Assembly: GCA_964016885.1 (NCBI GenBank)
Contig: OZ024740.1
Coordinates: 398,288,001 to 398,352,000, forward strand
Direction of reading: 5' to 3'
DNA length: 64,000 nucleotides
From: Eledone cirrhosa
Taxonomy: Eukaryota
This document shows, one piece after another, positions 45,901 to 61,000 of the stretch; the first letter of the stretch is position 1; each line of letters opens with the position of its first letter. The notes beneath the pieces are model-generated. The model did not search any database. It was not told where the DNA came from and saw only the letters and a list, made by a program, of their open reading frames with translations. The position numbers and the translations under genes are program-made.

Positions 45901-48400
45901 ACTGTCGTATTGTATCACCCAGACTGTCATATTGTATCACTCAGACTGTCATATTGTATCACTCAGACTGTCGTATAGTATCACTCAGACTGTCATATAG
46001 TATCACTCAGACTGTCATATAGTATCACTCAGACTGTCATATAGTATCACTCAGACTGTCATATAGTATCACTCAGACTGTCGTATTGTATCACCCAGAC
46101 TGTCATATAGTATCACTCAGACTGTCATTTAGTATCACTCAGACTGTCATATAGTATCACTCAGACTGTCGTATTGTATCACCCAGACTGTCATATAGTA
46201 TCACTCAGACTGTCATATAGTATCACTCAGACTGTCATATAGTATCACTCAGACTGTCATATTGTATCACTCAGACTGTCATATTGTATCTCTCAGACTG
46301 TCATATTGTATCATTCAGACTGTCATATAGTATCACTCACACTGTCATATAGTATCACTCAGACTGTCATATTGTATCACTCAGACTGTCGTATAGTATC
46401 ACTCAGACTGTCATATATTATCACTCAGACTGTCATATAGTATCACTCAGACTGTCATATAGTATCACTCAGACTGTCATATAGTATCACTCAGACTGTC
46501 GTATTGTATCACCCAGACTGTCGTATTGTATCACTGTCGTATAGTATCACTCAGACTGTCATATTGTATCACTCAGACTGTCATATTGTATCACTCAGAC
46601 TGTCATATTGTATCACTCAGACTGTCATATAGTATCGCTCAGACTGTCATATAGTATCACTCAGACTGTCATATAGTATCACTCAGACTGTCGTATTGTA
46701 TCACCCAGACTGTCATATAGTATCACTAGGACTGTCATATAGTATCACTCAGACTGTCATATAGTATCACTCAGACTGTCATATTGTATCAGTCAGACTG
46801 TCATATTGTATCTCTCAGACTGTCATATTGTATCATTCAGACTGTCATATAGTATCACTCAGACTGTCATATAGTATCACTCAGACTGTCATATAGTATC
46901 ACTCAGACTGTCATATAATACCACTCAGGCTGTCATATTGTATCACTCAGACTGTCATATAGTATCACTCAGACTGTCATATAGTATCACTCAGACTGTC
47001 ATATAGTATCACTCAGACTGTCATATAGTATCACTCAGACTGTCATATAGTATCACTCAGACTGTCATATAGTATCACTCAGACTGTCGTATTGTATCAC
47101 CCAGACTGTCATATTGTATCACTCAGACTGTCATATTGTATCACTCAGACTGTCGTATAGTATCACTCAGACTGTCATATAGTATCACTCAGACTGTCAT
47201 ATAGTATCACTCACACTGTCATATAGTATCACTCAGACTGTGATATAGTATCACTCAGACTGTCGTATTGTATCACCCAGACTGTCATATTGTATCACTG
47301 TCGTATAGTATCACTCAGACTGTCATATTGTATCACTCAGACTGTCATATTGTATCACTCAGACTGTCATATAGTATCACTCAGACTGTCATATACTACC
47401 ACTCAGACTGTCATATAGTATCACTCAGACTGTCGTATTGTATCACCCAGACTGTCATATAGTATCACTCAGACTGTCATATAGTATCACTCAGACTGTC
47501 ATATAGTATCACTCAGACTGTCATATTGTATCAGTCAGAGTGTCATATTGTATCTCTCAGACTGTCATATTGTATCATTCAGACTGTCATATAGTATCAC
47601 TCAGACTGTCATATAGTATCACTCAGACTGTCGTATTGTATCACTCAAACTGTCATATTGTATCACTCAGACTGTCATATGGTATCACTCAGACTGTCAT
47701 ATTGTATCACTCAGACTGTCATATAGTATATCTCTGACTGTCATATTGTATCACTCAGACTGTCATATAGTATCACTCAGACTGTCATATTGTATCACTC
47801 AGACTGTCATATAGTATCTCTCAGACTGTCATATAGTATCACTCAGACCGTCATATAGTATCACTCAGACTGTCATATAGTACCACTCAGACTGTCATAT
47901 TGTATCACTCAGACTGTCGTATAGTATCACTCAGACCGTCATATAGTATCACTCACACTGTCATATAGTATCACTCAGACTGTCATATAGTATCACTCAG
48001 ACTGTCATATAGTATCACTCAGACTGTCGTATTGTATCACCCAGACTGTCATATTGTATCACTCAGACTGTCATATTGTATCACTCAGACTGTCGTATAG
48101 TATCACTCAGACTGTCATATAGTATCACTCAGACTGTCATATAGTATCACTCAGACTGTCATATAGTATCACTCAGACTGTCATATAGTATCACTCAGAC
48201 TGTCGTATTGTATCACCCAGACTGTCATATTGTATCACTGTCGTATAGTATCACTCAGACTGTCATATTGTATCACTCAGACTGTCATATTGTATCACTC
48301 AGACTGTCATATAGTATCACTCAGACTGTCATTTAGTATCACTCAGACTGTCATATAGTATCACTCAGACTGTCGTATTGTATCACCCAGACTGTCATAT
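34000..48400. repeat. Subfamily domain rich in 16-bp deleted monomers and the A (TAG) allele
   Basis: 17 copies of GTATCACTGTCGTATA between 34138 and 48232; frequent CACCCAG, CAGTCAG and TACCACT variants; lower ORF density because TAG monomers dominate. Confidence 0.88.
40760..42770. repeat. 1006-bp tandem duplication (46 monomers, one with the 6-bp deletion)
   Basis: Deleted monomers at 41130/42136 and marker TACCACTCAGGCTGTCATATTGTATCAGTC at 41521/42527, both offset 1006. Confidence 0.85.
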
Positions 48401-51400
48401 AGTATCACTCAGACTGTCATATAGTATCACTCAGACTGTCATATAGTATCACTCAGACTGTCATATTGTATCACTCAGACTGTCATATAGTATCTCTCAG
48501 ACTGTCATATTGTATCATTCAGACTGTCATATTGTATCGCTCAGACTGTCATATTGTATCACCCAGACTGTCGTATTGTATCACTCAGACTGTCATATTG
48601 TATCACTCAGACTGTCGTATAGTATCACTCAGACTGTCATATAGTATCACTCAGACTGTCATATAGTATCACTCAGAATGTCGTATTGTATCACCCAGAC
48701 TGTCATATAGTATCACTCAGACTGTCATATAGTATCACTCAGACTGTCATATAGTATCACTCAGACTGTCATATTGTATCACTCAGACTGTCGTATAGTA
48801 TCACTCAGACTGTCATATAGTATCACTCAGACTGTCATATAGTATCACTCACACTGTCATATTGTATCACTCAGACTGTCATATAGTATCACTCAGATTG
48901 TCATATAGTATCACTCAGACTGTCATATTGTATCATTCAGACTGTCATATAGTATCACTCAGACTGTCATATTGTATCTCTCAGACTGTCATAAAGTATC
49001 ACTCAGACTGTCATATTGTATCTCTCAGACTGTCATATAGTATCATTCAGACGGTCATATTGTATCACTCAGACTGTCATATAGTATCATTCAGACTGTC
49101 ATATTGTATCACTCAGACTCAAATATAGTATCATTCAGACTGTCATTTTGTATCACTCAGACTGTCATATGGTATCTCTCAGACTGTCATATAGTATCAT
49201 TCAGACTGTCATATTGTATCACTCAGACTGTCATGTAGTATCTCTCAGACTGTCGTATAGTATCACTCAGACTGTCATATTTTATCATTCAGACTGTCAT
49301 ATAGTATCACTCAGACTGTCATGTAGTATCACTCAGACTGTCATATCGTATGACCCAGACTGTCATATTGTATCACTCAGACTGTCATATAGCATCACTC
49401 AGACTGTCATATAGCATCACTCAGACTGTCATATAGTATCACCCAGACTGTCATATTGTATCACTCAGACTGTCATATTGTATCATTCAGACTGTCATAT
49501 AATATTACTCAGACTGTCATATAGTATCACTCAGACTGTCCTATAGTATCACTCAGACTGTCATATAGTATCACTCAGACTGTCATATAGTATCACTCAG
49601 ACTGTCGTATTGTATCACTCAGACTGTCATATTGTATCACTCGGGCTGTCATATGGTATCACTCAAACTGTCTTATTGTATCACTCAGACTGTCATATTG
49701 TATCACTCAGACTGTCATATTGTATCACTCAGACTGTCATATTGTATCACCCAGACTGTCATATAGTATCACTCAGACTGTCATATTGTATCACTCAGAC
49801 TATCGTATAGTATCACTCAGACTGTCATATAGTATCACTCAGACTGTCATATAGTATCACTCAGACTGTCATATTGTATCACTCAGACTGTCATATAGTA
49901 TCTCTCAGACTGTCATATTGTATCATTCAGACTGTCATATTGTATCGCTCAGACTGTCATATTGTATCACCCAGACTGTTATATTGTATCACTCAGACTG
50001 TCATATTGTATCACTCAGACTGTCGTATAGTATCACTCAGACTGTCATATAGTATCACTCAGACTGTCATATAGTATCACTCAGAATGTCGTATTGTATC
50101 ACCCAGACTGTCATATAGTATCACTCAGACTGTCATATAGTATCACTCAGACTGTCATATAGTATCACTCAGACTGTCATATAGTATCACTCAGACTGTC
50201 ATATAGTATCACTCAGACTGTCATATTTTATCACTGAGACGGTCATATTGTATCACTCAGACTGTCATATAGTATCACTCAGACTGTCATATTGTATCAC
50301 TCAGACTGTCATATAGTATCACTCAGACTGTCATATTGTATCTCTCAGACTGTCATAAGTATCACTCAGACTGTCATATTGTATCACTCAGACTGTCATA
50401 TAGTATCATTCAGACTGTCATATTGTATCACTCAGACTCAAATATAGTACCATTCAGACTGTCATTTTGTATCACTCAGACTGTCATATGGTATCTCTCA
50501 GACTGTCATATAGTATCATTCAGACTGTCATATTGTATCACTCAGACTGTCATGTAGTATCTCTCAGACTGTCGTATAGTATCACTCATACTGTCATATT
50601 GTATCATTCAGACTGTCATATAGTATCACTCAGACTGTCATGTAGTATCACTCAGACTGTCGTATCGTCTGACCCAGACTGTCATATTGTATCACTCAGA
50701 CTGTCATATAGTATCACTCAGACTGTCATATAGCATCACTCAGACTGTCATATAGTATCACCCAGACTGTCATATTGTATCACTCAGACTGTGATATTGT
50801 ATCATTCAGACTGTCATATAATATCACTCAGACTGTCATATAGTATCACTCAGACTGTCCTATAGTATCACTCAGACTGTCATATTGTATCATTCAGACT
50901 GTCATATAGTGTCACTCGGACTGTCATATAGTATCACTCAGACTGTCATATAGTATCACTCAGACTGTCGTATTGTATCCCTCAGACTGTCATATTGTAT
51001 CACTCGGACTGTCATATGGTATCACTCAGACTGTCTTATTGTATCACTCAGTCTGTCATATTGTATCACTCAGACTGTCATATTGTATCACTCAGACTGT
51101 CATATTGTATCACCCAGACTGTCATATAGTATCACTCAGACTGTCATATTGTATCACTCAGACTATCGTATAGTATCACTCAGACTGTCATATAGTATCA
51201 CTCATACTGTCATATAGTATCACTCAGACTGTCATATTGTATCACTCAGACTGTCATATAGTATCTCTCAGACTGTCATATTGTATCATTCAGACTGTCA
51301 TATTGTATCGCTCAGACTGTCATATTGTATCACCCAGACTGTCATATTGTATCACTCAGACTGTCATATTGTATCACTCAGACTGTCGTATAGTATCACT

Positions 51401-52030
51401 CAGACTGTCATATAGTATCACTCAGACTGTCATATAGTATCACTCAGAATGTCGTATTGTATCACCCAGACTGTCATATAGTATCACTCAGACTGTCATA
51501 TAGTATCACTCAGACTGTCATATTGTATCACTCAGACTGTCATATTGTATCACTCAGACTGTCGTATAGTATCACTCAGACTGTCATATAGTATCACTCA
51601 GACTGTCATATAGTATCACTCACACTGTCATATTGTATCACTCAGACTGTCATATAGTATCACTCAGATTGTCATATAGTATCACTCAGACTGTCATATT
51701 GAATCATTCAGACTGTCATATAGTATCACTCAGACTGTCATATTGTATCTCTCAGACTCTCATAAAGTATCACTCAGACTGTCATATTGTATCTCTCAGA
51801 CTGTCATATAGTATCACTCAGACGGTCATATTGTATCACTCAGACTGTCATATAGTATCATTCAGACTGTCATATTGTATCACTCAGACTCAAATATAGT
51901 ATCATTCAGACTGTCATTTTGTATCACTCAGACTGTCATATGGTATCTCTCACACTGTCATATAGTATCATTCAGACTGTCATATTGTATCACTCAGACT
52001 GTCATATAGTATCTCTCAGATTGTCGTATA
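48400..52030. repeat. Domain with ~1.4-kb alternating units (1408 + 1363 = 2771-bp period), related to the 20-34 kb subfamily
   Basis: Offsets 48466/49874 = 1408, 49874/51237 = 1363, 48862/51633 = 2771 (126x22-1, includes the 21-bp monomer at 50338-50358). Shares GACTCAAATA, CATAAAG and TGGTATC markers. Confidence 0.85.
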
Positions 52031-55000
52031 GTATCACTCAGACTGTCATATAGTATCACTCAGACTGTCGTATTGTATCATCCAGACTGTCATATTGTAT
52101 CACTGTCGTATAGTATCACTCAGACTGTCATATTGTATCACTCAGACTGTCATATTGTATCACTCAGACTGTCATATAGTATCACTCAGACTGTCATTTA
52201 GTATCACTCAGACTGTCATATAGTATCACTCAGACTGTCGTATTGTATCACCCAGACTGTCATATAGTATCACTCAGACTGTCATATAGTATCACTCAGA
52301 CTGTCATATAGTATCACTCAGACTGTCATATTGTATCACTCAGACTGTCATATTGTATCTCTCAGACTGTCATATTGTATCATTCAGACTGTCATATAGT
52401 ATCACTCACACTGTCATATAGTATCACTCAGACTGTCATATTGTATCACTCAGACTGTCGTATAGTATCACTCAGACTGTCATATATTATCACTCAGACT
52501 GTCATATAGTATCACTCAGACTGTCATATAGTATCACTCAGACTGTCATATAGTATCACTCAGACTGTCGTATTGTATCACCCAGACTGTCGTATTGTAT
52601 CACTGTCGTATAGTATCACTCAGACTGTCATATTGTATCACTCAGACTGTCATATTGTATCACTCAGACTGTCATATTGTATCACTCAGACTGTCATATA
52701 GTATCACTCAGACTGTCATATAGTATCACTCAGACTGTCATATAGTATCACTCAGACTGTCGTATTGTATCACCCAGACTGTCATATAGTATCACTCAGA
52801 CTGTCATATAGTATCACTCAGACTGTCATATAGTATCAGTCAGACTGTCATATTGTATCAGTCAGACTGTCATATTGTATCTCTCAGACTGTCATATTGT
52901 ATCATTCAGACTGTCATATAGTATCACTCAGACTGTCATATAGTATCACTCAGACTGTCGTATTGTATCACCCAGACTGTCATATTGTATCACTGTCGTA
53001 TAGTATCACTCAGACTGTCATATTGTATCACTCAGACTGTCATATTGTATCACACAGACTGTCATATTGTATCACTCAGACTGTCATATAGTATCACTCA
53101 GACTGTCATATAGTACCACTCAGACTGTCATATAGTATCACTCAGACTGTCGTATTGTATCACCCAGACTGTCATATAGTATCACTCAGACTGTCATATA
53201 GTATCACTCAGACTGTCATATAGTATCACTCAGACTGTCATATTGTATCAGTCAGAGTGTCATATTGTATCTCTCAGACTGTCATATTGTATCATTCAGA
53301 CTGTCATATAGTATCACTCAGACTGTCATATAGTATCACTCAGACTGTCGTATTGTATCACTCAAACTGTCATATTGTATCACTCAGACTGTCATATGGT
53401 ATCACTCAGACTGTCATATTGTATCACTCAGACTGTCATATAGTATATCTCAGACTGTCATATTGTATCACTCAGACTGTCATATAGTATCACTCAGACT
53501 GTCATATTGTATCACCCAGACTGTCATATAGTATCTCTCAGACTGTCATATAGTATCACTCAGACTGTCATATAGTATCACTCAGACTGTCATATAGTAC
53601 CACTCAGACTGTCATATTGTATCAATCAGACTGTCGTATAGTATCACTCAGACCGTCATATAGTATCACTCAGACTGTCATATAGTATCACTCAGACTGT
53701 CATATAGTATCACTCAGACTGTCATATAGTATCACTCAGACTGTCGTATTGTATCACCCAGACTGTCATATTGTATCACTCAGACTGTCATATTGTATCA
53801 CTCAGACTGTCGTATAGTATCACTCAGACTGTCATATAGTATCACTCAGACTGTCATATAGTATCACTCAGACTGTCATATAGTATCACTCAGACTGTCG
53901 TATTGTATCACCCAGACTGTCATATTGTATCACTGTCGTATAGTATCACTCAGACTGTCATATTGTATCACTCAGACTGTCATATTGTATCACTCAGACT
54001 GTCATATAGTATCACTCAGACTGTCATTTAGTATCACTCAGACTGTCATATAGTATCACTCAGACTGTCGTATTGTATCACCCAGACTGTCATATAGTAT
54101 CACTCAGACTGTCATATAGTATCACTCAGACTGTCATATAGTATCACTCAGACTGTCATATTGTATCAGTCAGACTGTCATATTGTATCTCTCAGACTGT
54201 CATATTGTATCATTCAGACTGTCATATAGTATCACTCAGACTGTCATATAGTATCACTCAGAGTGTCGTATTGTATCACTCAAACTGTCATATTGTATCA
54301 CTCAGACTGTCATATGGTATCACTCAGACTGTCATATTGTATCACTCAGACTGTCATATTGTATCTCTCAGACTGTCATATTGTATCATTCAGACTGTCA
54401 TATAGTATCACTCAGACTGTCATATAGTATCACTCAGACTGTCATATAGTATATCTCAGACTGTCATATTGTATCACTCAGACTGTCATATAGTATCACT
54501 CAGACTGTCATATTGTATCACTCAGACTGTCATATAGTATCTCTCAGACTGTCATATAGTATCACTCAGACTGTCATATAGTATCACTCAGACTGTCATA
54601 TTTTATCACTGAGACGGTCATATTGTATCACTCAGACTGTCATATAGTATCACTCAGACTGTCATATTGTATCACTCAGACTGTCATATAGTATCACTCA
54701 GACTGTCATATTGTATCTCTCAGACTGTCATAAAGTATCACTCAGACTGTCATATTGTATCACTCAGACTGTCATATAGTATCATTCAGACTGTCATATA
54801 GTATCTCTCAGATTGTCGTATAGTATCACTCAGACTGTCATATAGTATCACTCAGACTGTCGTATTGTATCACCCAGACTGTCATATTGTATCACTGTCG
54901 TATAGTATCACTCAGACTGTCATATTGTATCACTCAGACTGTCATATTGTATCACTCAGACTGTCATATAGTATCACTCAGACTGTCATTTAGTATCACT

Positions 55001-57300
55001 CAGACTGTCATATAGTATCACTCAGACTGTCGTATTGTATCACCCAGACTGTCATATAGTATCACTCAGACTGTCATATAGTATCACTCAGACTGTCATA
55101 TAGTATCACTCAGACTGTCATATTGTATCACTCAGACTGTCATATTGTATCTCTCAGACTGTCATATTGTATCATTCAGACTGTCATATAGTATCACTCA
55201 CACTGTCATATAGTATCACTCAGACTGTCATATTGTATCACTCAGACTGTCGTATAGTATCACTCAGACTGTCATATATTATCACTCAGACTGTCATATA
55301 GTATCACTCAGACTGTCATATAGTATCACTCAGACTGTCATATAGTATCACTCAGACTGTCGTATTGTATCACCCAGACTGTCGTATTGTATCACTGTCG
55401 TATAGTATCACTCAGACTGTCATATTGTATCACTCAGACTGTCATATTGTATCACTCAGACTGTCATATTGTATCACTCAGACTGTCATATAGTATCACT
55501 CAGACTGTCATATAGTATCACTCAGACTGTCATATAGTATCACTCAGACTGTCGTATTGTATCACCCAGACTGTCATATAGTATCACTCAGACTGTCATA
55601 TAGTATCACTCAGACTGTCATATAGTATCACTCAGACTGTCATATTGTATCAGTCAGACTGTCATATTGTATCTCTCAGACTGTCATATTGTATCATTCA
55701 GACTGTCATATAGTATCACTCAGACTCTCATATAGTATCACTCAGACTGTCATATAGTATCACTCAGAATGTCATATAATACCACTCAGGCTGTCATATT
55801 GTATCACTCAGACTGTCGTATAGTATCACTCAGACTTTCATATAGTATCACTCAGACTGTCATATAGTATCACTCAGACTGTCATATAGTATCACTCAAA
55901 CTGTCATATAGTATCACTCAGACTGTCGTATTGTATCACCCAGACTGTCATATTGTATCACTCAGACTGTCATATTGTATCACTCAGACTGTCGTATAGT
56001 ATCACTCAGACTGTCATATAGTATCACTCAGACTGTCATATAGTATCACTCAGACTGTCATATAGTATCACTCAGACTGTCATATAGTATCACTCAGACT
56101 GTCGTATTGTATCACCCAGACTGTCATATTGTATCACTGTCGTATAGTATCACTCAGACTGTCATATTGTATCACTCAGACTGTCATATTGTATCACTCA
56201 GACTGTCATATTGTATCACTCAGACTGTCATATAGTATCACTCAGACTGTCATATAGTACCACTCAGACTGTCATATAGTATCACTCAGACTGTCGTATT
56301 GTATCACCCAGACTGTCATATAGTATCACTCAGACTGTCATATAGTATCACTCAGACTGTCATATAGTATCACTCAGACTGTCATATTGTATCAGTCAGA
56401 GTGTCATATTGTATCTCTCAGACTGTCATATTGTATCATTCAGACTGTCATATAGTATCACTCAGACTGTCATATAGTATCACTCAGACTGTCGTATTGT
56501 ATCACTCAGACTGTCATATAGTATATCTCAGGCTGTCATATTGTATCACTCAGACTGTCGTATAGTATCACTCAGACTGTCATATAGTATCACTCAGACT
56601 GTCATATAGTACCACTCAGACTGTCATATTGTATCACTCAGACTGTCGTATAGTATCACTCAGACCGTCATATAGTATCACTCAGACTGTCATATAGTAT
56701 CACTCAGACTGTCATATAGTATCACTCAGACTGTCATATAGTATCACTCAGACTGTCATATAGTATCACTCAGACTGTCATATAGTATCACCCAGACTGT
56801 CATATTGTATCACTCAGACTGTCATATTGTATCATTCAGACTGTCATATTGTATCACTCAGACTGTCATATTGTATCAGTCAGACTGTCATATTGTATCT
56901 CTCAGACTGTCATATTGTATCATTCAGACTGTCATATAGTATCACTCAGACTGTCATATAGTATCACTCAGACTGTCGTATTGTATCACTCAAACTGTCA
57001 TATTGTATCACTCAGACTGTCATATGGTATCACTCAGACTGTCATATTGTATCACTCAGACTGTCATATTGTATCTCTCAGACTGTCATATTGTATCATT
57101 CAGACTGTCATATAGTATCACTCAGACTGTCATATAGTATCACTCAGACTGTCATATAGTATATCTCAGACTGTCATATTGTATCACTCAGACTGTCATA
57201 TAGTATCACTCAGACTGTCATATTGTATCACTCAGACTGTCATATAGTATCTCTCAGACTGTCATATAGTATCACTCAGACTGTCATATAGTATCACTCA
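52030..57300. repeat. Second deleted-monomer domain, with a 2792-bp-spaced partial duplication
   Basis: Seven 16-bp monomers (52097, 52597, 52987, 53927, 54889, 55389, 56131); 52097/54889 and 52597/55389 are offset 2792 = 128x22-24. Confidence 0.82.
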
Positions 57301-58064
57301 GACTGTCATATTTTATCACTGAGACGGTCATATTGTATCACTCAGACTGTCATATAGTATCACTCAGACTGTCATATTGTATCACTCAGACTGTCATATA
57401 GTATCACTCAGACTGTCATATTGTATCTCTCAGACTGTCATAAAGTATCACTCAGACTGTCATATTGTATCACTCAGACTGTCATATAGTATCATTCAGA
57501 CTGTCATATTGTATCACTCAGACTCAAATATAGTATCATTCAGACTGTCATTTTGTATCACTCAGACTGTCATATGGTATCTCTCAGACTGTCATATAGT
57601 ATCATTCAGACTGTCATATTGTATCACTCAGACTGTCATATAGTATCACCCAGACTGTCATATTGTGTCACTCAGACTGTCATATTGTATCATTCAGACT
57701 GTCATATAATATCACTCAGACTGTCATATAGTATCACTCAGACTGTCCTATAGTATCACTCAGACTGTCATATTGCATCATTCAGACTGTCATATAGTGT
57801 CACTCGGACTGTCATATAGTATCACTCAGACTGTCATATAGTATCACTCAGACTGTCGTATTGTATCACTCAGACTGTCATATTGTATCACTCGGACTGT
57901 CATATGGTATCACTCAGACTGTCTTATTGTATCACTCAGACTGTCATATTGTATCACTCAGACTGTCATATTGTATCACTCAGACTGTCATATTGTATCA
58001 CCCAGACTGTCGTATAGTATCACTCAGACTGTCATATTGTATCACTCAGACTATCGTATGGTAT

Positions 58065-61000
58065 CACTCAGACTGTCATATAGTATCACTCAGACTGTCA
58101 TATAGTATCACTCAGACTGTCATATTGTATCACTCAGACTGTCATATAGTATCTCTCAGACTGTCATATTGTATCATTCAGACTGTCATATTGTATCGCT
58201 CAGACTGTCATATTGTATCACCCAGACTGTTATATTGTATCACTCAGACTGTCATATTGTATCACTCAGAATGTCGTATAGTATCACTCAGACTGTCATA
58301 TAGTATCACTCAGACTGTCATATAGTATCACTCAGAATGTCGTATTGTATCACCCAGACTGTCATATAGTATCACTCAGACTGTCATATAGTATCACTCA
58401 GACTGTCATATAGTATCACTCAGACTGTCATATTGTATCACTCAGACTGTCGTATAGTTTCACTCAGACTGTCATATAGTATCACTCAGACTGTCATATA
58501 GTATCACTCAGACTGTCATATTGTATCACTCAGACTGTCATATAGTATCACTCAGATTGTCATATAGTATCACTCAGACTGTCATATTGTATCATTCAGA
58601 CTGTCATATAGTATCACTCAGACTGTCATATTGTATCTCTCAGACTGTCATAAAGTATCACTCAGACTGTCATATTGTATCTCTCAGACTGTCATATAGT
58701 ATCCCTCAGACGGTCATATTGTATCACTCAGACTGTCATATAGTATCATTCAGACTGTCATATTGTATCACTCAGACTCAAATATAGTATCATTCAGACT
58801 GTCATTTTGTATCACTCAGACTGTCGTATGGTATCTCTCACACTGTCATATAGTATCATTCAGACTGTCATATTGTATCACTCAGACTGTCATATAGTAT
58901 CTCTCAGATTGTCGTATAGTATCACTCAGACTGTCATATAGTATCACTCAGACTGTCATATAGTATCACGCAGACTGTCATATTGTATCATTCAGACTGT
59001 CATATAGTATCACTCAGACTGTCATATCGTATCACCCAGACTGTCATATTGTATCACTCAGACTGTCATATAGTATCATTCAGACTGTCATATAGCATCA
59101 CTCAGACTGTCATATATTATCACCCAGACTGTCATATTGTATCACTCAGACTGTCATATTGTATCATTCAGACTGTCATATTGTATCACTCAGACTGTCA
59201 TATAGTATCACTCAGACTGTCATATAGTATCACTCAGACTGTCATATTGTATCATTCAGACTGTCATATAGTATCACTCAGACTGTCATATAGTATCACC
59301 CAGACTGTCATATTGTATCATTCAGACTGTCATATAATATCACTCAGACTGTCATATAGTATCACTCAGACTGTCCTATAGTATCACTCAGACTGTCATA
59401 TTGTATCATTCAGACTGACATATAGTATCACTCAGACTGTCATATAGTATCACTCAGACTGTCATATAGTATCACTCAGACTGTCGTATTGTATCACTCA
59501 GACTGTCATATTGTATCACTCAGACTGTCATATGGTATCACTCAGACTGTCATATTGTATCATTCAGACTGTCATATAGTATCACTCAGACTGTCATATT
59601 GTATCTCTCAGTCTTTCATATTGTATCACTCAGACTGTCATATTGTATCACTCAGACTGTCATATTGTATCATTCAGACTGTCATATTGTATCATTCAGA
59701 CTGTCATATTGTATCACTCAGACTGTCATATAGTATCACTCAGACTGTCATATAGTATCACTCAGACTGTCATATTGTATCATTCAGACTGTCATATTGT
59801 ATCACTCAGACTGTCATATGGAATCACTCAGACTGTCATATTGTATCACTCAGACTGTCATATTGTATCATTCAGACTGTCATATAGTATCACTCAGACT
59901 GTCATATAGTATCACTCAGACTGTCATATAGTATCACTCAGACTGTCATATAGTATCACTCAGACTGTCGTATTGTATCACTCAGACTGTCATATTGTAT
60001 CACTCAGACTGTCATATGGTATCACTCAGACTGTCATATTGTATCACTCAGACTGTCATATTGTATCACTCAGACTGTCATATTGTATCACTCAGACTGT
60101 CATATAGTATCACTCAGACTGTCATATAGTATCACTCAGACTGTCATATAGTATCACTCAGACTGTCATATAGTATTACTCAGACTGTCATATTGTATCA
60201 CTCAGACTGTCATATAGTATCACTCAGACTGTCATATAGTATCACTCAGACTGTCATATTGTATCATTCAGACTGTCATATTGTATCACTCAGCCTGTCA
60301 TATGGTATCACTCAGACTGTCATATTGTATCACTCAGACTGTCATATTGTATCACTCAGACTGTCATATAGTATCACTCAGACTGTCATATAGTATCACT
60401 CAGACTGTCATATAGTATCACTCAGACTGTCGTATTGTATCACTCAGACTGTCATATTGTATCACTCAGACTGTCATATTGTATCACTCAGACTGTCATA
60501 TAGTATCACTCAGACTGTCATATAGTATCACTCAGACTGTCGTATTGTATCACTCAGACTGTCATATTGTATCACTCAGACTGTCATATTGTATCACTCA
60601 GACTGTCATATAGTATCACTCAGACTGTCATATAGTATCACTCAGACGGTCATATTGTATCACTCTGACTGTCATATAGGATCACTCAGACTGTCATATA
60701 GTATCACTCAGACTGTCATATTGTATCACTCAGACTGTCATATAGTATCACTCAGACTGTCATATAGCATCACTCAGACTGTCATATAGTATCACCCAGA
60801 CTGTCATATTGTATCACTCAGACTGTCATATTGTATCATTCAGACTGTCATATTGTATCACTCAGACTGTCATATAGTATCACTCAGACTGTCATATAGT
60901 ATCACTCAGACTGTCATATTGTATCATTCAGACTGTCATATAGTATCACTCAGACTGTCATATAGTATCACCCAGACTGTCATATTGTATCATTCAGACT

